From Candidatus Syntropharchaeum caldarium (GTDB lineage: Archaea > Halobacteriota > Syntropharchaeia > Syntropharchaeales > Syntropharchaeaceae), in NCBI GenBank assembly GCA_001766815.1, contig LYOS01000003.1, forward strand, positions 55,254 through 87,253: a stretch of 32,000 bases of DNA, given 5' to 3'. The notes below the pieces were generated by a model. That model did no database searches, was not told the origin of the DNA, and saw only the letters and a list, made by a program, of their open reading frames with translations. Below are positions 1 through 8,299 of the stretch, one piece after another. A program made the position numbers and the translations under genes. The number at the start of each line of letters is the position of its first letter. The first letter of the stretch is position 1.

Positions 1-16
1 GGAATTTCTGACAAAA

Positions 17-676
17 TTATCCATCTATAGCACCTCCAAGCTTTGCAATAATATCAGGTCTTGTATCTGCGATGTACTTCACGATCGCTGCGGTGAATAT
101 GAACTCAGCGACTGCAAGCGGCAGCTGCGTCGGGACAAATCCAAGCGAGTATAGCCCCCAGTGATAGAGAACCGAACCTGGATTTATCGAGAGTGCAAGC
201 TCCATCGCGGTTGTGAGATAGCAAAGGATATCCCCTATAAATCCTGCCATACCTGCTGCAATCCAGACCGAGAGATTGACCCTTCTAAGAAGAACGTATG
301 TTCCATAGCCCGCGAACGTTCCCACAATCCCCATCGATACCGTGTTCGCTCCAAGCGTCGTGATTCCCCCGTGTGCAAGAAACGCATGGAAGATGAGCGC
401 AATCGCACTCAGAACAACGGTTGCAAACGGGCCAACGATGATCGCTGACATCGGTGTTCCGATCGGATGAGAGCACGAACCTGTAACAGGAACCGGGATA
501 TGCCAGACCGCAATCACAAAGATCGCAGCGCCCATAAGCGCAAGAAGCGGCATGTATGACGGGGTCTCCTCTGTTCTTCGTTTGATCTCGCGGATGCCAA
601 GGGCTATAAAGACGAGGGCAACCGCGTACCACACAATACACCACTGGGTGCTCAGTATTCCATCTGAGATGTGCAT
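17..676 (-). CDS. cbiM: CbiM, substrate-capture component of the CbiMNQO cobalt ECF-type importer
   Basis: 219-aa polytopic membrane ORF starting MHISDGIL (the Met-His N-terminus typical of CbiM/NikM). It contains HAFLAHGG and several hydrophobic helices. The expected partner cbiN would lie left of the window edge. Confidence 0.9.
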   Translation of the reverse strand: MHISDGILSTQWCIVWYAVALVFIALGIREIKRRTEETPSYMPLLALMGAAIFVIAVWHIPVPVTGSCSHPIGTPMSAIIVGPFATVVLSAIALIFHAFLAHGGITTLGANTVSMGIVGTFAGYGTYVLLRRVNLSVWIAAGMAGFIGDILCYLTTAMELALSINPGSVLYHWGLYSLGFVPTQLPLAVAEFIFTAAIVKYIADTRPDIIAKLGGAIDG

Positions 677-812
677 CCTATCAACTCCAATTTACTTGAT
701 ATAAACTCAGTAGCATACCTACAATTGTTTTGATATATATAAGTTTCGATTTAGTTAATTTTACCACGAGTGACAAAAGAGTTATGAAGATCTGGAGAGA
801 TCAAGCTCTTAG
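677..812. promoter_or_regulatory. Divergent promoter region between cbiM (-) and cbiD (+)
   Basis: AT-rich spacer. On the minus strand TTTATATC (698-705) lies about 22 nt upstream of the cbiM ATG, which fits a leaderless or short-leader archaeal promoter. On the plus strand tgatatatataag (731-743) lies upstream of cbiD. Confidence 0.4.
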
Positions 813-1808
813 ATGTTTGATCCGATTGAAAGAAGAGAGATTCCTGAGGAGTGGATCAGGAAGTCTTCAATCCCCAGTGATGTGTTAAAAGCTGGTATTG
901 AAAGTGGTAAGTTCCTTCTTCTACCAGATGGTAACGTCTTGAGGCGTGGATTTACGACCGGGACAACAGCGTCTGCTGCTTCAAAAGCCGCGGTCTTATC
1001 AATAAGCGAAAGCGTTGATAGAGTATCTGTGATGACCCCCATAGGAATAAGGGTTGAGCTACCGGTTGAATCAGCCAGTGGAGTTGGAAGAGCCATTAAA
1101 TACGCCGGAGATCACGAGTTTGACGTGACAGATGGGATCGAGATCGTGGCAACTGCAAGGCTAATTGATAAGGGTATCGTGATAAAAGCGGGAAAAGGAG
1201 TCGGGCGATTTGAGGATGGAAGGCCTGCGATAAACGCTGCTCCAATGGCATCGATAGAACAGGCTGTGCGTGAGGCACTCACTATGGTCAATAAAGAGGG
1301 TGCTGAGGTTACAATCGAGGTTGAAGATGGTGAGAGAATCGCAAAAGAGACCCTGAACACGGAATATGGGGTCTATGGTGGAATCTCAATTCTTGGAACA
1401 ACCGGGTTTGTCGAACCATGGAATGAACACCTTGAAGAGATGGTGAAGCTTGTGATCGAGAGATCATCAAAGGTTGCACTTACAACAGGAAGACGTGGTG
1501 CAAACTTTGCACGTGAGCTACTCAAAGACCATGAGGTTGTTGTAATAGGTAGCAGGTTTGATATTATCAGGGAGGTTGAGGAGAGAGTTGAGGATCTGAT
1601 CCTCTGCGGCCTTCCTGCCCTCATACTTAAATGGATAAACCCTGAGATCCTGAAAGATACAGGTTTCAGGACGGTGAGAGAGATGGTGCTGAGAGACCCT
1701 GATAACAGCTTAATCGATGAAGCGCTACAGAGGATAAAAGATCAGCACCCAGCCCTGCGGGTTCTGCTATTCGACTTTGATGGAAATGTTTTGAGGGATG
1801 TTAAATGA
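813..1808 (+). CDS. cbiD: Cobalt-precorrin-5B (C1)-methyltransferase CbiD
   Basis: 331-aa ORF with the CbiD hallmark RGFTTGTTASAASKAA near the N-terminus. Its stop overlaps the next start (ATGA at 1805-1808). Confidence 0.9.
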   Translation: MFDPIERREIPEEWIRKSSIPSDVLKAGIESGKFLLLPDGNVLRRGFTTGTTASAASKAAVLSISESVDRVSVMTPIGIRVELPVESASGVGRAIKYAGDHEFDVTDGIEIVATARLIDKGIVIKAGKGVGRFEDGRPAINAAPMASIEQAVREALTMVNKEGAEVTIEVEDGERIAKETLNTEYGVYGGISILGTTGFVEPWNEHLEEMVKLVIERSSKVALTTGRRGANFARELLKDHEVVVIGSRFDIIREVEERVEDLILCGLPALILKWINPEILKDTGFRTVREMVLRDPDNSLIDEALQRIKDQHPALRVLLFDFDGNVLRDVK

Positions 1809-2380
1809 AGATTGTTGGGGTTGGTGTATCAGAAGGGATGCTCACAGAGGAGGCAATCCGTGCGATTGATGGCGCAGAGGTTATATACGGATCAAAACGG
1901 GCTATTGAGATTGCATCTTCTTACATAAAGTGTGAAACTCACGAGATCGACTTCAAACACCTCGATGAAATACCTGACGATGCCGTTGTACTATCAACAG
2001 GCGATCCGATGCTATCAGGACTTGGAACACTCCTCAGAGGAGAGGTCATACCAGGTATCTCATCACTCCAGCTCGCGTGTGCAAGGCTTAAGATAGATCT
2101 GACTTCAATCACGGCGATAACCGCACATGGACGGGATATTGAAGCGTCAAAGAAGCGAATACTTGATGAAGCTGGGCGTGGAAGATATCTATTCATCCTC
2201 CCAGATCCAAAAAGGTTTGGATCGATTGAGATCTCGAAGATACTTCTTGAAGCAGGATATGAGCTTCCTGTGGTTGTACTTGAGAATCTCGGGTATGAGA
2301 ATGAAAAAATCAGGTATGGAAGCACACAAAATCCGCCAGAGCCTGAGACCATGCTTTATGTGATGGTTGTTCACCCTTAA
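1805..2380 (+). CDS. cbiE: Cobalt-precorrin-7 (C5)-methyltransferase CbiE-like (tetrapyrrole methylase fold)
   Basis: 191-aa ORF. Its N-terminus MKIVGVGVSEGMLTEEAIRAIDGAEVIYGSKRAIE fits the CbiE/CobL N-domain pattern rather than the class-I SAM GxGxG pattern of CbiT. It is translationally coupled to cbiD. Confidence 0.75.
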   Translation: MKIVGVGVSEGMLTEEAIRAIDGAEVIYGSKRAIEIASSYIKCETHEIDFKHLDEIPDDAVVLSTGDPMLSGLGTLLRGEVIPGISSLQLACARLKIDLTSITAITAHGRDIEASKKRILDEAGRGRYLFILPDPKRFGSIEISKILLEAGYELPVVVLENLGYENEKIRYGSTQNPPEPETMLYVMVVHP

Positions 2381-2412
2381 CACTTTGGTTTGCTGTAATA
2401 TCTGAAAATGGC

Positions 2413-4278
2413 CTATTTTAAAACCCTTGTGGAGTTCAATATCGCCAGCAATGCAACCCCCACATCTGCAAATACCGCTTCCCACATCGTCGCCATCCCG
2501 AGTGCACCTATTGTCAGGAACAATCCTTTAACCCCGAGCGCAAAGCTGATGTTCTGCCAGACTATACCCCTGGTTCTTCTCGCAATCCTGATCGCCTCAC
2601 AGATTCGTGATGGTTCATCGCTCATCAAAACTATATCCGCTGCCTCTATCGCAGCATCTGATCCAAGTGCACCCATCGCTATGCCGATATCTGAGCGCAT
2701 CAATGCGGGGGCATCGTTTATACCCTCTCCCACAAAGGCTATCAGGTCGTCACTGTTTGCCTTATTTTTTATCATCTCCTCGACCATTTCTACTTTCTTG
2801 TGGGGCAATAATTCTGCAAAATACTCGTCCAGACCCAGTCTCTTAGAGACCGCTTCTGCCACCTCCCTGGTGTCTCCTGTCAGCATAACCTGTCTTTTCA
2901 CCCCCAATTTCCTAAGATTATGTATAGCCGCTGCCGCATCTTCTTTGATCTCATCAGATATGACGATATAACCAGCGTATTTATGATCGATCACCAGGTG
3001 AACCACAGTTCCATCGACATCGCATGTATCGTGCTCAATATTCTCGCTGTGGAGTAGTTTATCATTTCCAAGCAGAACATAATGCCCCTCTATCCTCGCC
3101 TTTATGCCATACCCGGAAATTTCTTCATAGCCTTCGATTTTACTTTCATCTATTTTTTCACCAAAGAACTCACGCACTGATTGCGCAACAGGATGGCTGG
3201 AATGACTCTCTGCCAGTGCAGCAAATTTCAATACTTCATCTTCTGAAAAATTATTTTTTGTGATAATTCTGGTAACTCTGAAGACACCTTTGGTCAGGGT
3301 CCCAGTTTTATCCCAGATCACAGTATGAAGATTATTCAACCCCTCCAAATAATTCGATCCTTTTACCAGAATTCCCGCTCTGGAAGCTGCACCAATACCG
3401 CCAAAGAACCCCAGTGGGATCGAAATTACAAGTGCGCATGGGCAGGCGATCACCAGAAATATGAGCGCTTTGTACACCCACTCTGAGAATGTCGGCTCAT
3501 GGGGAAACATGGGTGTAAGTGCTGGAATGTTGTAAAGTATCACCGGTACTGTGGCAAGGACAAAGGCGCCAAAGACGACAGCAGGGGTGTAATACCTTGC
3601 GAATCTCGTGATAAATTGCTCGGTAGGAGCCTTTTCACTGGCGGCATTCTCCACAAGATCCAGTATTTTAGATACTGTAGATTCACTGAACCTTTTTGTT
3701 ACCTGAACCGAGAGGAGCCCACTTTTATTTATCATTCCTGATAGGATATCATCTCCTTTTTTTACACTTCTTGGCACTGATTCACCCGTGAGAGCAGATA
3801 TATCCACCATTGAAGACCCATCAAGAATGATTCCGTCGAGGGGGACTCTTTCACCAGGTTTCACTATAATAACATCGCCAACACTGACCTCCGCGGGGTT
3901 CACCTTCTCTGTCTCACCATCTATCTTTAAATTTGCATAATCTGGCCTCATCTCTATCAAAGATTTTATTGACCGACGGGATCGGTTCAATGCCATCTCC
4001 TGAAACAGTTCACCAACCTTGAAAAATAGCATAACTGCCACAGCTTCTGGAAACTCCTTTATCGCAAAAGCCCCTGCTGTTGCCACGGTCAAAAGGAAGT
4101 TCTCGTCAAAAACCTCCCCTCTAAATAGATTTCTGACCGCTTTCCAAACGATATCGCCTGCGATGAGGATGTAACTCAGCAGAAATATTAAAACTTCTTC
4201 CCAAAAGGGTAATCTGAACAATAAAGCTACAGCGTAAATAAAAACTCCCAGCGTGAGGGTTACAGTCTCCTTTTTCAT
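2413..4278 (-). CDS. Heavy-metal P1B-type ATPase, Zn/Cd/Pb (ZntA/CadA)-like, without an N-terminal metal-binding domain
   Basis: 621-aa ORF with LTGES, CPCALVISIPL (TM6 CPC), DKTGTLT, MLTGDT and GEGINDAPAL. The C-terminal ALGVKGLF...WEAVFADVGVALLAILNSTRVLK closely resembles the ZntA TM7 Lys / TM8 Asp region. No HMA (CxxC) domain is present. Confidence 0.9.
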   Translation of the reverse strand: MKKETVTLTLGVFIYAVALLFRLPFWEEVLIFLLSYILIAGDIVWKAVRNLFRGEVFDENFLLTVATAGAFAIKEFPEAVAVMLFFKVGELFQEMALNRSRRSIKSLIEMRPDYANLKIDGETEKVNPAEVSVGDVIIVKPGERVPLDGIILDGSSMVDISALTGESVPRSVKKGDDILSGMINKSGLLSVQVTKRFSESTVSKILDLVENAASEKAPTEQFITRFARYYTPAVVFGAFVLATVPVILYNIPALTPMFPHEPTFSEWVYKALIFLVIACPCALVISIPLGFFGGIGAASRAGILVKGSNYLEGLNNLHTVIWDKTGTLTKGVFRVTRIITKNNFSEDEVLKFAALAESHSSHPVAQSVREFFGEKIDESKIEGYEEISGYGIKARIEGHYVLLGNDKLLHSENIEHDTCDVDGTVVHLVIDHKYAGYIVISDEIKEDAAAAIHNLRKLGVKRQVMLTGDTREVAEAVSKRLGLDEYFAELLPHKKVEMVEEMIKNKANSDDLIAFVGEGINDAPALMRSDIGIAMGALGSDAAIEAADIVLMSDEPSRICEAIRIARRTRGIVWQNISFALGVKGLFLTIGALGMATMWEAVFADVGVALLAILNSTRVLK

Positions 4279-4302
4279 CCCGAATTCTTCTCCCTTTCGC
4301 CT

Positions 4303-4331
4303 GTATCAGGTATTACCTGCATAATTGATAC
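4303..4331. promoter_or_regulatory. Nested palindrome upstream of the P1B ATPase (candidate operator)
   Basis: A perfect 13-nt palindrome CAGGTA-T-TACCTG lies at 4307-4319. It is nested in GTATCA(4303-4308)...TGATAC(4326-4331), 25-53 nt upstream of the ATPase start at 4278. Confidence 0.25.
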
Positions 4332-4476
4332 ACAGGATACGATATTCTTTAAGACCGATTGAATATTAACCTGGTGCATATATTATTTTTCACAGTGAAC
4401 ACCAGTATGAAAAATCTTCTTGAATATCGCTGAAAGGTTCCGCAAACAACTTAATCAAGAAGGGCACTCCAAAACC

Positions 4477-5424
4477 CTATCCAGAATTTGCATCATCGTG
4501 AATACATCTATATATCTCTTCAAGTGCATCCACAATCCTTGGACCTGGTCTCGTTGCAATATCTGCATCGATCACATAGACCTTGCCTTCCTTGACTGCA
4601 CTGATACCAGCGAACCGTGGATTGGTGGTGATATACTCGTATGATAGATTACTGCCTGCAACCCCCATTCCTCCTCCGCTTGTCGTGATTATAACATCTG
4701 GATCGCTGTCAATCACTTTCTCAAGTGAAATAATACTATACGAATCAAGATCTGATGCAATATTCTTACCACCTGCAATTGAGATCATCTCATCCTCAAA
4801 TGTCCCATTTCCCGCGGTCCAGAGCGGGTCATGCCATATCACATAAAAAACGCTTGGCTTATCTTTTGTCGCTGCCATACTCTCCACCGCAACGATTCTT
4901 GCCCTCATCTCATCGGTCAATCGGGTTGCATTCTCCTCGCAACCTGTGATTTTCCCAAGCAGATTGATGCTATCGAGTATCTCATCAAGCCCACCAGGAT
5001 TCAATCCAACGACCGGGATTCCAAGATTGGACAGGGCATCTATCACCTCGATTCCATTTCCATAGGCTGCAACAACAAGATCGGGTTTAAGGTCAACGAC
5101 CTGCTCGATATTTATCGTTGCATAGCTTCCAACCTTTACCAGATGAGTCGCTTCTGGTGGATAGTTAGAGTAGTCGTCCACCCCAACAACTCGATCTCCT
5201 GCGCCGATTGCAAAGAGGATCTCTGTTGTGCTCGGTGCAAGCGATACAATCCGCTGAGGCTTCTGAGGAATCACAACTTCCCGATTGAGCTCATCTGTGA
5301 CAACCATCCAGTGGTCCTGCTTTGATGATGTACTCACATCCCCCTTCTCCATACACCCAGCAGCAGATGTGGCAATGATCGCAAGGATTATCAAAATTAC
5401 AAAGAGCTTATTGTTTCTTCTCAT
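4477..5424 (-). CDS. ABC importer substrate-binding protein, BtuF/FhuD (TroA-like, PBP type 8) family; probable lipoprotein
   Basis: 315-aa ORF. It has an N-terminal signal with the lipobox-like SAAGC, followed by the characteristic IVSLAPSTTEILFAIGAGDRVVGVDDYSNYP motif of corrinoid/iron-chelate binding proteins. Confidence 0.85.
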   Translation of the reverse strand: MRRNNKLFVILIILAIIATSAAGCMEKGDVSTSSKQDHWMVVTDELNREVVIPQKPQRIVSLAPSTTEILFAIGAGDRVVGVDDYSNYPPEATHLVKVGSYATINIEQVVDLKPDLVVAAYGNGIEVIDALSNLGIPVVGLNPGGLDEILDSINLLGKITGCEENATRLTDEMRARIVAVESMAATKDKPSVFYVIWHDPLWTAGNGTFEDEMISIAGGKNIASDLDSYSIISLEKVIDSDPDVIITTSGGGMGVAGSNLSYEYITTNPRFAGISAVKEGKVYVIDADIATRPGPRIVDALEEIYRCIHDDANSG

Positions 5425-5570
5425 TGATTCTGCTCCAGATGAACAATAATATCACAAACACAAATATACCGCCAAATCCCGGTCGCCGGTGTTGTCTCTG
5501 CTGATTCAGCTGATGCAGTCGATGCGATGTGGATGAACGGGTGAAAGATTGGAAGTAGTAGTTTCTTCAT
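5421..5570 (-). CDS. Small ORF (49 aa) with a signal-peptide-like N-terminus, overlapping the binding-protein start (ATGA)
   Basis: It is not in the ORF track because it is shorter than 60 aa. The context AAAGGAGGCATGT-ATG gives a GGAGG Shine-Dalgarno 5 nt upstream. The translation is MKKLLLPIFHPFIHIASTASAESAETTPATGIWRYICVCDIIVHLEQNQ. Its stop TGA (5421-5423) overlaps the ATG of the downstream gene. See the finding on the out-of-frame PGF-CTERM-like segment. Confidence 0.3.
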   Translation of the reverse strand: MKKLLLPIFHPFIHIASTASAESAETTPATGIWRYICVCDIIVHLEQNQ

Positions 5571-5972
5571 ACATGCCTCCTTTGATTCACAACAGTAATA
5601 AATACACTCGATCCGAAATAAATTGTCTTTCTTACCATATTTTTTACCACCTCATGGGATACCAGGTGGTGAATTGATAAGAGTGGGGAGGTTTTGCGGG
5701 TTTTTGGTGCATCGGAATGCATAAGGTTTCCTCCATCACAACTCTCACTTTTCACCACTGCGCCTGTCCCTTTTTATAAAAATTGGTTTGTTTTAAATCT
5801 AATCTTTTTAACACACCTATCATGGTTATCGTATATAAACTTTACTATTTTGTTTAAAAAAGTAAAATAAACTTGTGTTATTCGCAGGTAAATGCTGGAA
5901 GGCGAATATTTAAATACAAAAGTCTTTGTTCTAATTCCAGATAACTGTATGTGAACTTGGGCGAGGAGAGCA

Positions 5973-7040
5973 ATGCGAAAAAGAGATGATAGAAGACGGT
6001 CTGAGCGTATCGTAAGATGGTATTTGATCCTTTTTCTACTTTCAGCCTTTCTTTTTGTAAGTATACTGATCACGGTTGGGATGGGAGCAGTTACAATCCC
6101 GCACGATCGCATCCTTTCAATGACGCTTGAGAAGGGGAGTGAAGCGATCCGATCGAACTCGCTTGAACCATTCTCTGTGCAATCGCTCGATGCAGAAGAG
6201 AATATCTTCTTCAATATCCGACTCCCAAGGGTTATATTTGGGATACTTGTTGGGATAGCACTGGCTGTTGCAGGTGGCGTGATGCAGGGCGTATTCAAGA
6301 ATCCAATGGCAGATCCTTTCATACTCGGGATCTCGACAGGGTCTGCAGTGGGTGCGGTTCTTGGGATGACTTTTTTTGCATCACTCGGACTGGTTGCGCG
6401 ACCCTTCATGGCTTTTCTTGGGGGGGTCGTTACGATCTTCATCGTCTATAACATTGCAAGGGCGGGGGGCAAGATTGCAATCGACACGTTGCTTCTTGCA
6501 GGAATTGCATTTGGATACTTCCTCTACTCGCTTGAGTGGTTGCTTCTCATTGTATTTACCAATTCGCCGCACGAGATTCTCTCCTGGCTCATTGGTTATC
6601 TCGGCACAGCCCAGTGGCAGGATGTTAAGTATGCAGTGCTCCCCGTGCTCACTGGAACATTTATCATTTTCCTCTTTGCAAGAGATCTCAATGCAATGCT
6701 TCTCGGAGATGAGACAGCGCATTATCTTGGTATCGGTGTTGAAAACGTGCGAAAGATCCTTCTCGTTCTCGCATCACTCATTACCGCAATAACCGTTGCA
6801 TTCAGCGGAATCATCGGATTTGTAGGGCTTATAATCCCGCATACAACAAGGCTTCTCGTTGGATCTGATCACAGAATACTTCTTCCTGCATCTGCGCTCT
6901 TTGGTGCCATATTCGTTATCTGGACAGATACACTTGCAAGAACTGTGCTTGTCCCATCAGAGATACCTGTGGGTGTGATAACACCGCTATTTGGAGCACC
7001 GCTCTTTATTTATCTGCTTGTAAAGAAGAGGAGGGGTTGA
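5973..7040 (+). CDS. ABC importer permease, FecCD/BtuC family
   Basis: 355-aa polytopic ORF with GIALAVAGGVMQGVFKNPMADPFILGISTGSAVGA (FecCD signature region). GAGGAGAG lies just upstream of the ATG. Its stop overlaps the next start (TGATG). Confidence 0.9.
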   Translation: MRKRDDRRRSERIVRWYLILFLLSAFLFVSILITVGMGAVTIPHDRILSMTLEKGSEAIRSNSLEPFSVQSLDAEENIFFNIRLPRVIFGILVGIALAVAGGVMQGVFKNPMADPFILGISTGSAVGAVLGMTFFASLGLVARPFMAFLGGVVTIFIVYNIARAGGKIAIDTLLLAGIAFGYFLYSLEWLLLIVFTNSPHEILSWLIGYLGTAQWQDVKYAVLPVLTGTFIIFLFARDLNAMLLGDETAHYLGIGVENVRKILLVLASLITAITVAFSGIIGFVGLIIPHTTRLLVGSDHRILLPASALFGAIFVIWTDTLARTVLVPSEIPVGVITPLFGAPLFIYLLVKKRRG

Positions 7041-8299
7041 TGACATCGCTTGAGGTGAGAGGGGTCGATGTATTTTACGGCGATCGTAGAATAATAAAGG
7101 ATTTTACCTTCAGATCAAAAAAAGGCGAGTTTATCGGAATCATTGGTCCAAATGGATCTGGGAAGACGACGCTCTTAAAGACGATGGGAAGACTGCTCAA
7201 ACCACACGTTGGGGTGGTCCTGATCGATCAGACCGATATATTCTCGATTGGGCATAAAGAGTTTGCGAAGCAGGTTGCTGCAGTTGCGCAGGATACAACC
7301 ATCGATTTTGATTTCAAGGCAATTGACATCGTGCTCATGGGTAGAAATCCGCATCTTGGGAGGTTACAGATGGAGACGGTGGAGGATGAAAAAATCGCAC
7401 GGGATGCGATGGAGATGACGGGATCACTTGACCTCATGGATCGCTCGATCAATAGTTTGAGTGGGGGGGAGCGTCAACGGGTCATAATCGCCCGTGCTCT
7501 TGCACAGCAACCGCGCATTCTTCTTCTGGATGAGCCAACATCCCATCTTGATATAAACTACCAGATTGAGACGATGGAACTTTTAAAACACCTCTCTAAT
7601 GAGGGTTTGATCGTAATCGCAGCGATCCATGATCTGAACCTTGCTGCACAGTACTGTGATCGTCTCATCATGTTACGATCTGGCGAGGCAATCGCGATCG
7701 GAGAACCTGAAGAGGTCCTGAAGGCAGAGCGGATAAAGGAGGCATTCAGATGTGACGTGGTCGTCAAGCGACATCCGCTCACGAACGTATACTATGTTGC
7801 GCCACTACCAAAGCAGAATCGCTCACGTCCAGAGACCGGGGTCAGGGTTCATCTGATATGTGGGGGCGGGAGTGGTGCATCGATCATGCATGAGCTACAC
7901 GATGAGGGATTTCGGGTCTCGGCAGGCGTTCTCAATATGCTTGATACTGATTACGAGGTTGCAAAAGTGCTTGGGATCGAGACGGTTGTGGATGCACCCT
8001 TCTCTCCGATAAGCGAGGAATCGTATCAGGCAAACCTGAGAATGATGGAACAAACGAATGCTGTTGTGATCGCGCCGGTTGCGTTTGGGCATGGGAACGT
8101 GAAGAACCTGGATGCCTGCCAGACTGTGCTCGAAGCTGGTAAGTGTGTTTATATTCTGCAGCGATCACTCGATCCTGATAATGATTTTACGGATGGTATC
8201 GCGGGGGATAAGCTCTCTACACTCATTGAGAGGGGGGCAGTTGTGATTGAAAATATAAGAGAAATGGTTGATGCACTGTTAGCACCCAAAACTCAATAG
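7037..8299 (+). CDS. ABC importer ATPase (FepC/BtuD-like) fused to an uncharacterised ~160-aa C-terminal domain
   Basis: Residues 1-258 carry Walker A GPNGSGKTT, the signature LSGGERQRV, Walker B ILLLDEPTSHLD and the H-loop AIHDLN. Residues ~259-420 (RVHLICGGGSGASIMHELHDEGFRV...) are extra and look like a Rossmann/flavodoxin-like beta-alpha-beta fold. Confidence 0.9.
   Translation: MMTSLEVRGVDVFYGDRRIIKDFTFRSKKGEFIGIIGPNGSGKTTLLKTMGRLLKPHVGVVLIDQTDIFSIGHKEFAKQVAAVAQDTTIDFDFKAIDIVLMGRNPHLGRLQMETVEDEKIARDAMEMTGSLDLMDRSINSLSGGERQRVIIARALAQQPRILLLDEPTSHLDINYQIETMELLKHLSNEGLIVIAAIHDLNLAAQYCDRLIMLRSGEAIAIGEPEEVLKAERIKEAFRCDVVVKRHPLTNVYYVAPLPKQNRSRPETGVRVHLICGGGSGASIMHELHDEGFRVSAGVLNMLDTDYEVAKVLGIETVVDAPFSPISEESYQANLRMMEQTNAVVIAPVAFGHGNVKNLDACQTVLEAGKCVYILQRSLDPDNDFTDGIAGDKLSTLIERGAVVIENIREMVDALLAPKTQ

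Noticed and set aside
2408-2971. 187-aa plus-strand ORF antisense to the P-type ATPase
   Set aside because: It lies entirely within a strongly supported ATPase gene on the opposite strand, its translation has no recognisable motifs, and this is a typical antisense open frame.
5646-5670. Hairpin ACCACCT-N11-AGGTGGT as a possible terminator or riboregulator
   Set aside because: The stem is only 7 bp, there is no adjacent T-tract, and I cannot judge conservation. It is mentioned within the intergenic finding but not called as a feature.
5567-5758. 63-aa minus-strand ORF directly upstream of the small signal-peptide ORF (its stop overlaps that ORF's ATG)
   Set aside because: It has no Shine-Dalgarno or TATA context and its composition is unremarkable, with no motif. 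I note only that it shares its frame with the PGF-CTERM-like segment, separated by a TGA. Sec read-through is implausible without a SECIS element and outside Sec-using lineages.
5425-5972. Possible cobalamin riboswitch in front of the BtuF/BtuC-like genes
   Set aside because: I could find no B12-box-like conserved core on either strand, and cobalamin riboswitches are not an established archaeal feature.
5774-6442. 222-aa minus-strand ORF spanning the AT-rich spacer and the 5' end of the permease gene
   Set aside because: It overlaps the well-supported FecCD permease, its N-terminal part runs through the AT-rich promoter region, and it has no recognisable motifs.
6420-7470. G6-G7 homopolymer runs inside the permease and ATPase genes (6420-6426, 6465-6470, 7464-7470) as possible phase-variation tracts
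   Set aside because: They encode the conserved Gly-Gly motifs (LGGV, GG, and SGGE of the ABC signature), so they are explained by protein sequence, and both frames are intact.
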